Assembly: GCA_902557145.1 (NCBI GenBank)
Contig: CACDYZ010000008.1
Coordinates: 1,580-65,579, forward strand
Reading direction: 5' to 3'
Length of the DNA: 64,000 nucleotides
DNA from: an uncultured Alphaproteobacteria bacterium
Lineage (GTDB): Bacteria > Pseudomonadota > Alphaproteobacteria > HIMB59
In this document: piece by piece, positions 33,201 through 44,016 of the stretch
Position numbering within the stretch: position 1 is the stretch's first letter
How the letters are laid out: the number at the start of each line of letters is the position of its first letter
The notes under the pieces: generated by a model
The model's database searches: none
Seen by the model: the letters and a program-made list of their open reading frames with translations, nothing else
Told to the model about the DNA's origin: nothing
Position numbers and translations under genes: made by a program

Positions 33201-34266
33201 GAAATTTTTTATATTTATAATATATTTTTTATTTTTCCTTAATAATAATGCTTATTCTTTAACCCTAGAGAAAACATCAGTAACCCTAGATCATCCATGG
33301 GGAATGAGCTGGATTGATGATAAAAATTTATTGATAACTCAAAAATCAGGTGAAATTTTTATTGTTAATACAAATGATTACACAAAAACAAAAATTGATC
33401 ACAAAATCCCTTTCATTCAACACGGACAGGGAGGACTTTTAGATATTACAAGTGAAAAAAATATTGTATGGGTTACCGGCTCTATCAAAAAAAAAGGCAA
33501 ATACACAACAGCTATTTACCGAGCTGAATTTAAAAATGATAAACTGATAAATGAAAAGTTAATTTATGAAGCTATTCCTTATTTCGATAATGGCAAACAT
33601 TTTGGTTCAAGAATAGAAATTCTTGATGATTATTTATTTATTAGTATTGGTGAAAGAGGAAAAGGGATGATTGCCCAAGACCCCACAAACTCTATAGGAT
33701 CAATAATTAGAATTCACAAAAATGGCGAATACCCTGAAGATAATCCCTATTTGACAGACAAAGAGTGGTTACCTGAGTTATTCCAAATTGGTGTAAGAAA
33801 CCCTCAAGGAATGACATTGGATCCTCAAACAAAATCTATTTACATATCCAATCACGGACCTAAAGGAGGCGACTTCATTGGAAAAGTTGTCAGCGGATCC
33901 AATTATGGCTGGAAAAAAATAGGATGGGGAGGAACAAATTACTCTGGTACAAAAATTGGTGATGGCAATGCCTGGGAACCTGGTTTCTTAAAACCAGACT
34001 TTATATGGGTCTCCTCTATCGCAGTAAGTGGTATCAAGTTTTATGATGGTGATGCTTTTCCACAGTGGCAAAATTCACTCTTAGTTTCCTCTCTGAAATA
34101 CCAATACTTATCTGTTTTACATAGAAAAAATAACTTATTTATTAAAGAAGAAATTATTTTTAAAGATAAAATTGGAAGAGTAAGAGATATAGAAATAGAT
34201 CAAACAGGCAATATATATATCATCGCTGATGAAAGAGACTCAAATTTATTTATTTTAAAACCTTAA
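33178..34266 (+). CDS. PQQ-dependent aldose sugar dehydrogenase (YliI/sGDH family), exported
   Basis: HPWGM, GQGGLLD, HFGSR, GERG, G.RNPQG, HGPKGGD, NYGW, GRVRD. Confidence 0.88.
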   Translation: MKIINLSKKFFIFIIYFLFFLNNNAYSLTLEKTSVTLDHPWGMSWIDDKNLLITQKSGEIFIVNTNDYTKTKIDHKIPFIQHGQGGLLDITSEKNIVWVTGSIKKKGKYTTAIYRAEFKNDKLINEKLIYEAIPYFDNGKHFGSRIEILDDYLFISIGERGKGMIAQDPTNSIGSIIRIHKNGEYPEDNPYLTDKEWLPELFQIGVRNPQGMTLDPQTKSIYISNHGPKGGDFIGKVVSGSNYGWKKIGWGGTNYSGTKIGDGNAWEPGFLKPDFIWVSSIAVSGIKFYDGDAFPQWQNSLLVSSLKYQYLSVLHRKNNLFIKEEIIFKDKIGRVRDIEIDQTGNIYIIADERDSNLFILKP

Positions 34267-34286
34267 CTTTAATTTATGTTCAACTA

Positions 34287-34589
34287 GTGAGAAAAATATT
34301 TTTACTAATTTCGTTATTTTTTTATAACAACCTTTTTGCTTATAATGAAGATGAAATAATTTGTGTTGCAACTTATGAGCTAGCAATAGATTTTTTTATT
34401 CAAATGAAAGATGAAAAAACCTCTCAAGACATTTTTTTAAGAAAGCAAGAACTATTAAACAAATATGAAGAGGGACACTTTCCTTTAGAAGACATTGAAT
34501 TTATGAGGACAGAAATACATTATGCTTGGTCAAATAACTTTGATTTCCTTCCACCAATTTTAGAAAATTGCATAAAGAATGTTAAATAA
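34287..34589 (+). CDS. Hypothetical exported protein
   Basis: 100 aa, signal-like N-terminus, two Cys; fills the gap in a same-strand run. Confidence 0.55.
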   Translation: MRKIFLLISLFFYNNLFAYNEDEIICVATYELAIDFFIQMKDEKTSQDIFLRKQELLNKYEEGHFPLEDIEFMRTEIHYAWSNNFDFLPPILENCIKNVK

Positions 34590-34605
34590 CTGAGAAATTA
34601 AAATA

Positions 34606-35478
34606 ATGAATAGCAAAGATGTCTCCACAGCTCTTATATGTAAAAACATACTTGGAGAAAGTTGTTTTTGGGACCCGAGAATTAATTCTTTAATTTGGAC
34701 AGATATAGAGGGTAAAAAGATATGGAAGCTTAATGAAAAAAATCAAAGCTCTGATTATAATTTGCCAGATAGGGCAGGTTTTATATTACCTAGAAAGAAA
34801 GATGGATTTATTATCGGTTTTCCAAAACATATTGCTATTTCAAACCAAGACTTTTCTTCTTTTGAAAAAATATGTGATGTTGAAATTAGTGTAAAACAAA
34901 CTCGAATTAATGATGCAAAAGTCGACCCTTATGGTGGAATTGTATTTGGCACTTATAACGAGGATCCAGATAAAATAAATAGAAAGCCCATTGCAAATCT
35001 TTATAGATTAGCTCCAGATCTTTCCTTAACTCATCTTTTGTCAAATATTACTGTTTCAAATGGTATAGCCTTTTCTCAAAATGAAAATATTATGTACTTT
35101 GCAGACACACCAACTGGTCTTATACGAAAATTTGAGTTCAACCATGATTTTAAAAAATTACTCGAATTAGAGTCAAATATGACTTTTGATGATGTTGGAG
35201 AACCAGATGGGGCCACTGTAGACATCAATAATAATTATTGGTCGGCAAGGGTTAGGGGAAAATGCATCTTATGTATAAATACGGAAAATGGAAAAATCAT
35301 TGAAAAAATTGAACTTCCTACTAATACGCCAACTTGTGTAACTTTTGGGGACACTGATCTATCAAGTTTATATGTGACTTCGCTGAGAGCAGATCCAGTT
35401 AACGATGCTGCTGGTGGTAATCTTCATAAAATTAAAACTGAAACAAAAGGATTTAAGCAGCTTTTAACTGATATTTGA
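34606..35478 (+). CDS. SMP-30/gluconolactonase family sugar lactonase
   Basis: LGES..WD, RIND.KVDP.G, SNGIAFS, PDG.TVD, PTCVTFG. Confidence 0.9.
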   Translation: MNSKDVSTALICKNILGESCFWDPRINSLIWTDIEGKKIWKLNEKNQSSDYNLPDRAGFILPRKKDGFIIGFPKHIAISNQDFSSFEKICDVEISVKQTRINDAKVDPYGGIVFGTYNEDPDKINRKPIANLYRLAPDLSLTHLLSNITVSNGIAFSQNENIMYFADTPTGLIRKFEFNHDFKKLLELESNMTFDDVGEPDGATVDINNNYWSARVRGKCILCINTENGKIIEKIELPTNTPTCVTFGDTDLSSLYVTSLRADPVNDAAGGNLHKIKTETKGFKQLLTDI

Positions 35479-35481
35479 CTC

Positions 35482-36444
35482 TTATAAATACTTCTTATTA
35501 ATTAAGTTTTCTTTATTGAGTTCATTCATATTTTTTAAAAAATAAACAATATTTTGTGACGCCTCTAGTGACATTCTCTCTCGACACTCCAACGTTAAAG
35601 CAGCATTGTGAGGAGTTAATAAAATATTATCTAGTTTAAAAAAAGGATGATCGGGCTCAGGTGGCTCAGATGTATAAACATCCATCCCAGCACCCCGAAT
35701 TTTCTTTGCCTTTAAAGCTTGACACAAATCATCTTCATTAACGATTCCCCCTCTTGATGTATTTACAAGAACAGTATTTTTTTTCATAAGCTTTAAATCT
35801 ACTTCAGAAATAAAGTTTGTTGTATTTTCGTTTAATGGTAAATGAATAGTGATGAAGTCCGCTAAAGCCAAACCCTCATTTTTTTCAATTGGGATACATT
35901 TATTTTTTTTTATAGAGTCACTATCTAAAAATGGATCGTAAACATATACTTCCATATCAAATCCTAGACATCTTTTTGCAACTTCTTTCCCTATTCTTCC
36001 AAAACCAATAATAAGAACTTTTTTTTTATACAATTCAAAAATGTCAGGTAACTGAGATCTTTTATCAAAATTTCCTTCTTTAACCAAGTTATCTGATAAA
36101 GAAAGATTTTTAGTTAAATAAATAAAAAATGACATGACATGCTCAGAAACACTTGCAGCATTAGACGTTGAGGTGATACCAAGAGCAATTTTATTCTCAT
36201 TAAGAAAATCTAAGTCAACATTATCATAGCCAACACCATGCCTTGAAATAATTTTTAGATTATCGCAATGTTTTAAAATATCTTGATCTAGCTTTGATGT
36301 TCTTAATAAAATTCCATCAACATTTTTTAAACTTTCCTTTAAGCTTTGAATTTCAAAATTATCTACTTCAAAGACCTCAAATTTGTTGTTTTTTAAAAAC
36401 TCTAAGCCTTTTGGATGAACTGTACCTAGAATAGCAATCTTCAT
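35482..36444 (-). CDS. D-isomer 2-hydroxyacid dehydrogenase (SerA-like)
   Basis: SRHGVGYDNVD, GFGRIG, NTSRGG, DVY..EP, LTPHNA. Confidence 0.9.
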   Translation of the reverse strand: MKIAILGTVHPKGLEFLKNNKFEVFEVDNFEIQSLKESLKNVDGILLRTSKLDQDILKHCDNLKIISRHGVGYDNVDLDFLNENKIALGITSTSNAASVSEHVMSFFIYLTKNLSLSDNLVKEGNFDKRSQLPDIFELYKKKVLIIGFGRIGKEVAKRCLGFDMEVYVYDPFLDSDSIKKNKCIPIEKNEGLALADFITIHLPLNENTTNFISEVDLKLMKKNTVLVNTSRGGIVNEDDLCQALKAKKIRGAGMDVYTSEPPEPDHPFFKLDNILLTPHNAALTLECRERMSLEASQNIVYFLKNMNELNKENLINKKYL

Positions 36445-36555
36445 TTTACCTCTTGATTATTTGTTATGTCAAAAAAGTATGAAATTTAAAAGGTTTTTCA
36501 TTCAAATTATCTTTCTATCGTGTAATATCTTATCGGTTAAGTTTTTGGAGGAATA

Positions 36556-38400
36556 ATGAAAACCATCAAATTGTCTTGTGCTCACGCACTTTTTAAATTT
36601 CTAATTGCGCAAAAAATTATAGTTGATGGTAAAAAAGCACCTCTATTCCCTGGAGCATTTGCTATTTATGGCCATGGAAATGTTGCATGCTTAGGTCAAG
36701 CAATGGAAGAGTTTCAATCAGATCTTCCTGGATATAGAGGTCATCATGAACAAAGTATGGCCTTGACTGGCATCGGCTATGCTAGAGCAATGAGAAGAAA
36801 ACAAATTTTTATTGCCACCTCATCAGTTGGTCCTGGTGCAACTAATATGGTCACCGCCGCTGCTGTAGCCTTAAGTAATCGTCTCCCAATACTGCTCCTT
36901 CCTGGTGATACTTTTGCCAGTCGCTTTCCTGACCCAGTATTACAACAAGTCGAAAATTTCAATTCTCCCATCGAAACTGCAAATGATTCCTTTAAGCCTG
37001 TCTCGAAATATTTTGACAGAATTACAAGACCTGAGCAAATTCTTGGCTCTCTTCCTCAAGCTATCCAAGTAATGCTTGATCCCTCTGATTGTGGACCAGC
37101 AACCATTGCAATGTCACAAGACGTTCAAGGAGAGTCATTTGATTATCCCGAAATATTTTTTGAGGAAAAAATTCACGAGATAAGAAGAATTCATCCTGAT
37201 CCAAGCCAAGTGAATCAAGCAGCTGAAATTCTTAAAAATTCTAAACAACCTATAATTATTTCAGGAGGTGGTGTTCTTTATTCTGAAGCAGAGCAAGAGC
37301 TTTCAAATTTTGCAAAAAAACACAACATCCCTGTTACTTCAACAGTAATGGGTATCGGATGTATGACTAAAGATGACCCTTATTATATTAGTACTGTAGG
37401 AGCTTTGGGACAGGGCTCTTCTAATAATCTTTCAAAAGATACAGATCTAGCCGTTGCCATAGGAACAAAACTTGCAGATTTTACAACAGGCTCTTGGGCA
37501 AATTTTGAAAACCCTAATTTCAAATTAGTTTCAGTTAATACAGCTCGTTATGATACGACCAAGCATTTAGCCACTCCAGTTATAAGTGATGCTAAAGTTG
37601 GGCTCCAGAAAATATCAGAAGCTTTGGGTGACTGGAGAGCCCCTGATCCCTGGTACCAAAGAGCAATCAAGGAGAGAGATGAATGGGACGCATACGTTGA
37701 AAAACAAAGCGGCCCTACTAATCAAGAAGAGCCCTCATATGCTCACGCAGTAGGGGCGGTTTATAGAAATTCAGATCCAAGTGATATTGTTGTTACAGCT
37801 GCAGGAGGCCTCGTAGGAGAGGTTGTTCAAGTTTGGAAACCAAGGCAACTTAACACTTTTGAGACGGAATGGGGTTTTAGTTGCATGGGATATGAAATAT
37901 CAGGAGCACTTGGAATTAAGATGGCTAAACCCGATCAAGATGTGGTGGTCTTTGTTGGAGATGGTTCTTATTTATTGAACAACAGTGATATCTACAGCTC
38001 AGTTCTTTATGATCAAAAACTTATTATTATTGTTTGTGATAATGGTGGGCATATGGTCATCAATCGCCTTCAACTAGCCAAAGGGGGCAAGGAGTATATT
38101 TGCAATCTTCGTGCTGCGAGAGCAACAAATTTACAATTTGTAGACTTTGAAAATCACGCAAAAAGTATGGGAGCTAATGCTGAAACAGTTAGCTCTACCT
38201 CAGAGCTAGAAGCAGCTTTTAAAAGGGCCAAAGACTCAGATAAAACATATGTCATTGCAATTAAAACTCATGGTTACGAATGGTTAGAGGGAACAGCCTT
38301 TTGGGAGAGCCCAACACTGCAAGACCCAATTACTGAAGATAATAAAAAAGCTTTAAATGACTTTGAGTCTGGAAAGGATAAACAGCGCAAAGGCGTCTAA
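36556..38400 (+). CDS. iolD: ThDP-dependent 3D-(3,5/4)-trihydroxycyclohexane-1,2-dione acylhydrolase
   Basis: AIYGHGNV, EQSM, PDPVLQQ, YFDRITRPEQ, E.GFSCMGYEI, GDGSYL, INRLQ. Confidence 0.88.
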   Translation: MKTIKLSCAHALFKFLIAQKIIVDGKKAPLFPGAFAIYGHGNVACLGQAMEEFQSDLPGYRGHHEQSMALTGIGYARAMRRKQIFIATSSVGPGATNMVTAAAVALSNRLPILLLPGDTFASRFPDPVLQQVENFNSPIETANDSFKPVSKYFDRITRPEQILGSLPQAIQVMLDPSDCGPATIAMSQDVQGESFDYPEIFFEEKIHEIRRIHPDPSQVNQAAEILKNSKQPIIISGGGVLYSEAEQELSNFAKKHNIPVTSTVMGIGCMTKDDPYYISTVGALGQGSSNNLSKDTDLAVAIGTKLADFTTGSWANFENPNFKLVSVNTARYDTTKHLATPVISDAKVGLQKISEALGDWRAPDPWYQRAIKERDEWDAYVEKQSGPTNQEEPSYAHAVGAVYRNSDPSDIVVTAAGGLVGEVVQVWKPRQLNTFETEWGFSCMGYEISGALGIKMAKPDQDVVVFVGDGSYLLNNSDIYSSVLYDQKLIIIVCDNGGHMVINRLQLAKGGKEYICNLRAARATNLQFVDFENHAKSMGANAETVSSTSELEAAFKRAKDSDKTYVIAIKTHGYEWLEGTAFWESPTLQDPITEDNKKALNDFESGKDKQRKGV

Positions 38401-38404
38401 TTTT

Positions 38405-39139
38405 TTGATTTCAAAAAAAAAAATTGTTTTAATAACTGGAGCTGAGTCAGGTATTGGAAAAAGCACTACTAAAGTATTTCTAGATAATGGCTATAGAGTT
38501 ATAGGCACTTGTCTCAAAAATAATAAGAACAAAGATATTGAAGGTATTGAATATCATAAGATTAATATCACTAATAATTTAGACTGGGAAAATCTGGCTT
38601 CTTATATCAAAGATAAATATAAAAAAATTGATGTTTTAGTTAATAGTGCTGGTGTCAGATTAAGTGGAAATTTAGAGACAACCTCTATGAATGACTGGTC
38701 TTATCACTTAAATAATAACGTTACTGGTACTTTTCTTTCATGTAAGCATATTCTACCTTTCTTAAAGAAAGCAAAAAATTCATCTATTATCAACTTGGCC
38801 TCAATAAATAGTGTTCGAGGAGTAAAAAATATGTTGGCTTATGCAACATCCAAGAGTGCGATAATATCTTTTACTGCTTCTCTTGCTCTCGATTTATCCA
38901 AACATAATATTAGAGTTAATGCAGTTGCCCCAGGTGCTATAGATACGCCAATGTTAGCTTCCTTTAAAAAAGATTTGTCATCAAAAGAGTATAAAAAAAG
39001 AATGAGGGAAAACCATCCTATTGGAAGGATCGGAAAACCCAAAGAGGTTGCTAGTGTAATTTATTTTTTAGCAAGTGAAGCATCTTCTTTTATGACGGGC
39101 CTCACAATACCTGTCGATGGAGGCAGAAGCATAAGATAA
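38405..39139 (+). CDS. Short-chain dehydrogenase/reductase (likely TTG start at 38405; the track start 38357 overlaps iolD)
   Basis: TGAESGIG, LVNSAG, Y..SK, IRVNAVAPG, VDGG. Confidence 0.88.
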   Translation: MISKKKIVLITGAESGIGKSTTKVFLDNGYRVIGTCLKNNKNKDIEGIEYHKINITNNLDWENLASYIKDKYKKIDVLVNSAGVRLSGNLETTSMNDWSYHLNNNVTGTFLSCKHILPFLKKAKNSSIINLASINSVRGVKNMLAYATSKSAIISFTASLALDLSKHNIRVNAVAPGAIDTPMLASFKKDLSSKEYKKRMRENHPIGRIGKPKEVASVIYFLASEASSFMTGLTIPVDGGRSIR

Positions 39140-39144
39140 GAAAT

Positions 39145-40473
39145 TTAATTTCTATTTAAAAATTTTGAAAATTCATAATAAGACTTTTTTGGAATTCTTT
39201 TAAAATTTTCAAAATCTACAAAAACTAAGCCAAATCTTTTTGAGTACCCAAACGCCCATTCATAGTTATCAAGTAATGACCAGGCAAAGTATCCTTTAAC
39301 ATTTAAACCTTCTTTTAAACAATTTAAAATTTCTTGAAGATGTAAATGAAAATATTCAACTCGGTCTAAATCATTAACCTCATTTCTGGCATTCAACTCA
39401 TCATTATTGGCCATTCCATTTTCAGTAATATAAATAGGAATTTGACTACTGTACTCGTTAGATATTCGTTTTATAAAATAACTCAAACCTGTTGGGTAAA
39501 ACTCCCAATCCATATCAGTTTTTTTTAATGACCCCCTGAGTGTTTCATAATCAATACCATCCTCAGATTTTTTATGTTTGATAATTGACCTCGTATAATA
39601 ATTTAGACCAACCCACTCTAAGGGATGAGAAATTATTTTTAAATCCTCATTAAAATTTTTTGATAGATTATTTCCTAAAACTTCTAATGCTAATTTTGGA
39701 TAGCTCCCTTTAAAAATAGCATCGGAAAACCATCGATTATGGATTTCATCAAATAATTTTAATGCATTTAAGTTATCGGGTTCTTGATTAAAAGGATCTG
39801 CGTATTGATTATTTAGCACAATTCCAATTTTATGAGGTCTATTAGATTTCAAGGCTTGTAGAGACAAACCATGTGCTAATAAAACATTATGCATAGTTAA
39901 GACGGCTGACTTTAGGTCTTTCTTGCCAGGTGCATGTTCCCCTAAATAATGGCTCAGCCATGAGACACACCATGGTTCATTAATAGTTGCAACTTTTTCA
40001 AATTTATCTCCAAATTGCTGAGATATAAAATATGAGTAATCAGCAAAATGCTTACAGGTATCTTGATTTTCCCAACCACCCATTCTCGAGAAACGAATAG
40101 GTAAATCCCAATGATAAAGAGTAGGAAAAGGCTCTAAGTCATTGTTTAAAATCTCATCCAAAAGTCGATTATAGAAATCGACACCTTCTTCATTAGAATT
40201 AGAATTAGTTTCAGGAAACAATCTTGGCCAGGCAAAAGAAAAACGATAAGCTTTAAATCCAAGGTCTTTTATGAGTTTAATATCTTCTCTAAAATACTCA
40301 TAATGATTACAAGCTCTTAAACCATCAATGCCTTTTAATTTTTTTTGGGCGAATTCATCCCAAATAGATTTCCCACATCTTCCATAACTATTACCTTCTA
40401 TTTGATACGATGAAGTGGCGGCACCAAAGGTGAAATTATTTGGAAAATCCTTTAGAACAGAAAGGTTATCCAA
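39145..40473 (-). CDS. GH1 beta-glucosidase
   Basis: FGAATSSYQIEG, YRFSF.W.R, TLYHWD, INEP, ITENG, WSLLDNYEW. Confidence 0.95.
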   Translation of the reverse strand: MDNLSVLKDFPNNFTFGAATSSYQIEGNSYGRCGKSIWDEFAQKKLKGIDGLRACNHYEYFREDIKLIKDLGFKAYRFSFAWPRLFPETNSNSNEEGVDFYNRLLDEILNNDLEPFPTLYHWDLPIRFSRMGGWENQDTCKHFADYSYFISQQFGDKFEKVATINEPWCVSWLSHYLGEHAPGKKDLKSAVLTMHNVLLAHGLSLQALKSNRPHKIGIVLNNQYADPFNQEPDNLNALKLFDEIHNRWFSDAIFKGSYPKLALEVLGNNLSKNFNEDLKIISHPLEWVGLNYYTRSIIKHKKSEDGIDYETLRGSLKKTDMDWEFYPTGLSYFIKRISNEYSSQIPIYITENGMANNDELNARNEVNDLDRVEYFHLHLQEILNCLKEGLNVKGYFAWSLLDNYEWAFGYSKRFGLVFVDFENFKRIPKKSYYEFSKFLNRN

Positions 40474-41542
40474 TTATATTAGTATTTTGAGAATTGAATA
40501 AATTAGATCTATCTAAATCAAATTTCACTTTAATTGTATCGCCAACTTTAACAGGACTATCTCCAGGTGCTTCAACAACAACTGGCTCATTATCATGTTC
40601 TAAATATATAAAAGTATTCGAACCTAATTTTTCAACAACAAACGCTTTACTTTCCCAGTCATGATCTGACTCAGCTGTTATATGAATATCTTCTGGTCGT
40701 ATACCAAATGTGACTTTTTCATCTGATTGGCTTGTTGTCTTTTTTGGGAGAATTAAGTTAGTCCCAAGAGCATCTACCTCTGTACTTTCACTTGAAGATG
40801 ATTTGTATTGAGCAGGGATAAAATTCATTTTCGGTGAACCAATAAATCCTGCTACAAATAAATTACTTGGTTTATTGTAAAGTTCTATGGGGTCCCCTTG
40901 TTGAGAAATCTCTCCTTGATCTAAGACTACAATTTCATTAGAGAGAGTCATTGCTTCAGTTTGATCATGGGTAACATAAACCATTGTGGTATTAAGCTGC
41001 TCATGTAGTTTTGCTAATTCAATTCTCATTTGAACTCTCAAAGCTGCGTCTAGGTTAGATAGAGGCTCATCAAAAAGAAAAACTTGAGGTTTTCTTGTTA
41101 TAGCTCTTCCAATAGCTACACGTTGACGTTGACCTCCTGATAATTGTTTGGGTTTACGCTCTAAGTAGTCTTGTATTTGAAGTGTTTTTGCAGCTTCTAA
41201 AACTCGTTCATTGATTTCTTCTTTAGATCTTTTTTCTAATTTTAGGCCAAACGCCATATTGTCAAAAACTGTCATGTGGGGATACAAAGCATAAGATTGA
41301 AAAACCATAGCTATATTTCTATCTTTAGGAGATAAATCATTAACTTCCCTGTCATCTATTGAGATAGTTCCAGAGTTTATTTCTTCTAAACCTGCTATCA
41401 TTCTCAATAATGTTGATTTACCACATCCAGAGGGTCCGACTAAAGTGGTGAAAGATTGATCTTTTATATCGAGCGAAAAATCCTTTATAACATGGGTTTT
41501 TCCATAATATTTATTAAGAGATTTAATATTAATTGATGACAT
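40466..41542 (-). CDS. aglK: Sugar ABC ATP-binding protein (AglK/MalK-like)
   Basis: GPSGCGKST, MVFQSYALYPHM, LSGGQRQR, DEPLSNLD; operon position. Confidence 0.85.
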   Translation of the reverse strand: MSSINIKSLNKYYGKTHVIKDFSLDIKDQSFTTLVGPSGCGKSTLLRMIAGLEEINSGTISIDDREVNDLSPKDRNIAMVFQSYALYPHMTVFDNMAFGLKLEKRSKEEINERVLEAAKTLQIQDYLERKPKQLSGGQRQRVAIGRAITRKPQVFLFDEPLSNLDAALRVQMRIELAKLHEQLNTTMVYVTHDQTEAMTLSNEIVVLDQGEISQQGDPIELYNKPSNLFVAGFIGSPKMNFIPAQYKSSSSESTEVDALGTNLILPKKTTSQSDEKVTFGIRPEDIHITAESDHDWESKAFVVEKLGSNTFIYLEHDNEPVVVEAPGDSPVKVGDTIKVKFDLDRSNLFNSQNTNIIG

Positions 41543-41563
41543 TTATAACCATATTTTAAATTA

Positions 41564-42880
41564 TTATTTTAAATATCCTAAATATTCTTTTTGAAATTCT
41601 ATCATTGTATCCATTAAAGATGCTACTGAGTTTGGGTTTTCCACAAGTGGGTCAGCCAAAAGAGCATGAATGGCAGTTTGTTTAGATTCATTTAATATTG
41701 CCTTTGTAGTCAATTGAATTGTTCCTACTTGCGCATTAAGAAGAGCACCAAAAGGCTCAGGATAATTATCTAATTTTTTACCATGAACCCCTGTTTTGTT
41801 TATTATGGCAGGCACTTCAACAACAATATCATTTGGCAAACACTCAATGAAATTCTCATTCTTTATGTTTACGGCATGCTCTAACATATTTAAGTCTGCC
41901 ACAATACTCTCAATAATTGGTATTGCTCTTTCATGAGGTTCAGGATGACTCATATCAAAAAATTGCTCATAGCCATCGTTTGAAAAAAATGACAAACATC
42001 TTTTTTTATATTTATCGTAAAAGTCTAAAATTCCATCATGGTCAGCAACACTATAAGCCCAAGACAAATATTCTCCTAAATGACTATCTGTTGTAATTGG
42101 TAAATATCCATACCTTTTAAATAATTCAAAAAATAAACCTCTCTCTGCACCGGCATTAGAAAAAAATCCTTCATGATCATTAACTAAATCAGAATAATAA
42201 CCTTCAAAGTTTTTATTGATTAAGGGATATCCATCTTTACCAGAGTCTTTATAAGTTGCATGTAATAAAATACTAAAGTGATTTAATCCCCCAGCTTCAA
42301 ATTGAATATTGTCTAAATCAGTTTCCATCAGCGTTGGAAGCTGACGGCTCATAGAAGCAATTTCATGACACAAGCCTGTAATTTTTAAATCTGGAAAACG
42401 TGTGGTCAATGCATGGCATATACGTTGCATGGGATTTGAGTAACTAAATATAAATGCCTCTGGACAAATTTTTTCAATATCCTCACAAATTTTTATAATG
42501 GCTGGTATTTGACGCATTGCATGGAATAGACCACCAGGTCCACCATTTTCTCCATAGACCTGTTTGATGCCATATTGAAGTGGGACTTTCCAATCTTGCT
42601 CCCAAAGATCAAATCTACTCCCCACTTCTATTGATATAAGACAAAAATCAGCATTTTGGAGAGCCTCTGTTCGAGAGGTTGTCGATACTATATTAAAGTC
42701 TACGCCGAGCTTTTCTTTGAAAGAAAGTGCAATGTTATGGGTATTTTTTAAGGTTTCAGAATTAATATCGTGTAAGACCAATGTTGAGCCAGAGAGAATT
42801 TTTGATTTAAAAAAATCACCAACAATTCCAAGACCAAAGTTTGTGCTTCCAGCACCAATTATTACTATTCTATTACTCAT
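41564..42880 (-). CDS. GH4 NAD+-dependent glycosidase, probably alpha-glucosidase
   Basis: IIGAGS, GE.GGPGG, YSNP, Cys motif GLCHEI, GLNHF. Confidence 0.88.
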   Translation of the reverse strand: MSNRIVIIGAGSTNFGLGIVGDFFKSKILSGSTLVLHDINSETLKNTHNIALSFKEKLGVDFNIVSTTSRTEALQNADFCLISIEVGSRFDLWEQDWKVPLQYGIKQVYGENGGPGGLFHAMRQIPAIIKICEDIEKICPEAFIFSYSNPMQRICHALTTRFPDLKITGLCHEIASMSRQLPTLMETDLDNIQFEAGGLNHFSILLHATYKDSGKDGYPLINKNFEGYYSDLVNDHEGFFSNAGAERGLFFELFKRYGYLPITTDSHLGEYLSWAYSVADHDGILDFYDKYKKRCLSFFSNDGYEQFFDMSHPEPHERAIPIIESIVADLNMLEHAVNIKNENFIECLPNDIVVEVPAIINKTGVHGKKLDNYPEPFGALLNAQVGTIQLTTKAILNESKQTAIHALLADPLVENPNSVASLMDTMIEFQKEYLGYLK

Positions 42881-44016
42881 CCTTTTATAGATCCTGCTAC
42901 CAATCCTCTTATAAAGTATCTTTGAAGAGAAAAGAAAATAAATAATGGCACAGTCATTGAGACAAAAGCACCAGTTGTTAGTATCTCCCAGTTTTCTCCT
43001 CTCGACCCAAGAAGCTCTTTAAGCTTTGCTGTTAAGATAATTTCACTTGGATGTTTATCTAAGAAGACTAAACCTACGAGCAAATCATTCCATACCCATA
43101 AAAATTGTAAGATAAAAATAGATGCGAATGAGGGTATTGATAATGGAACTACAATTTTTATAAAAGTATCGTAATGCGTTGCCCCATCAACTCTAGCCGC
43201 CTCGATCATTTCACTTGGGAGTGTTTTTAAAAAATTCCATAACAAAAAAGTAGTCGAGGCGAGACCAAATCCAGTATGCGCCATCCAAATACCGGGAAAA
43301 GATTTTGCACTGACTCCAAACAATGCCCCAAAGTCATTATAAATTGTTAAGACAGGTATTAGACACATCTGTAGGGGAACAACAAGTGAGGCAATTATTG
43401 TGGCTAATAAAATATCTCTCCCATAAAATTTCATCCAAGTAAGTGCATATGCAAAATAAGAACATATAATTAAAGGTATTAGAGTTGCAGGGAGTGCAAC
43501 CGCTAACGTATTTAAAAAAGCCTGCCCCAAGCCCTCTTTTAGGAGTACCTCTTTATAATTATCAAGTGTAAAGCTAGGCGGGCTCTTAGCAGACACAAAA
43601 ATCCTTTTACCTTTTTTCTTTTTAAATTCCTCTTTTGATTTCCATACATAATCACCGTTTTCAAAAACAGTTATTTCTGTTTGATCTTTAAATAGCGCAG
43701 TCTCGCCAACTTCGTATTCATCAATGTTTTTAGATGTTACTCCAAAACGAAAAATCTCTTTTTCTTGACCCCCATCGAATAAATTACTTTTTATAAAATA
43801 ATAATTCCCGTCTTTGATTTGTGCGTCTTTACCTTCAGTTCGATATATCTCGTTGATTTCTGTGGTAGTAAAGGATGTCCACCAACCACTGATGGCAAGT
43901 ACGTCCTTGTCTCTTAAAGAGCTGATAAATAATCCAAAAGTAGGAACAATCCATGCTACTACAAAAAAAAGTAATAAAAGTTGTGATAACACTGAAGTAA
44001 ATGTAATTTTTTTCAT
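42877..44016 (-). CDS. aglG: Alpha-glucoside ABC permease
   Basis: W..PTFGLFISS.R, SGWW, FTLDNY, LVVPLQ, EAARVDGA, QFLWVWNDLLV. Confidence 0.85.
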   Translation of the reverse strand: MKKITFTSVLSQLLLLFFVVAWIVPTFGLFISSLRDKDVLAISGWWTSFTTTEINEIYRTEGKDAQIKDGNYYFIKSNLFDGGQEKEIFRFGVTSKNIDEYEVGETALFKDQTEITVFENGDYVWKSKEEFKKKKGKRIFVSAKSPPSFTLDNYKEVLLKEGLGQAFLNTLAVALPATLIPLIICSYFAYALTWMKFYGRDILLATIIASLVVPLQMCLIPVLTIYNDFGALFGVSAKSFPGIWMAHTGFGLASTTFLLWNFLKTLPSEMIEAARVDGATHYDTFIKIVVPLSIPSFASIFILQFLWVWNDLLVGLVFLDKHPSEIILTAKLKELLGSRGENWEILTTGAFVSMTVPLFIFFSLQRYFIRGLVAGSIKG

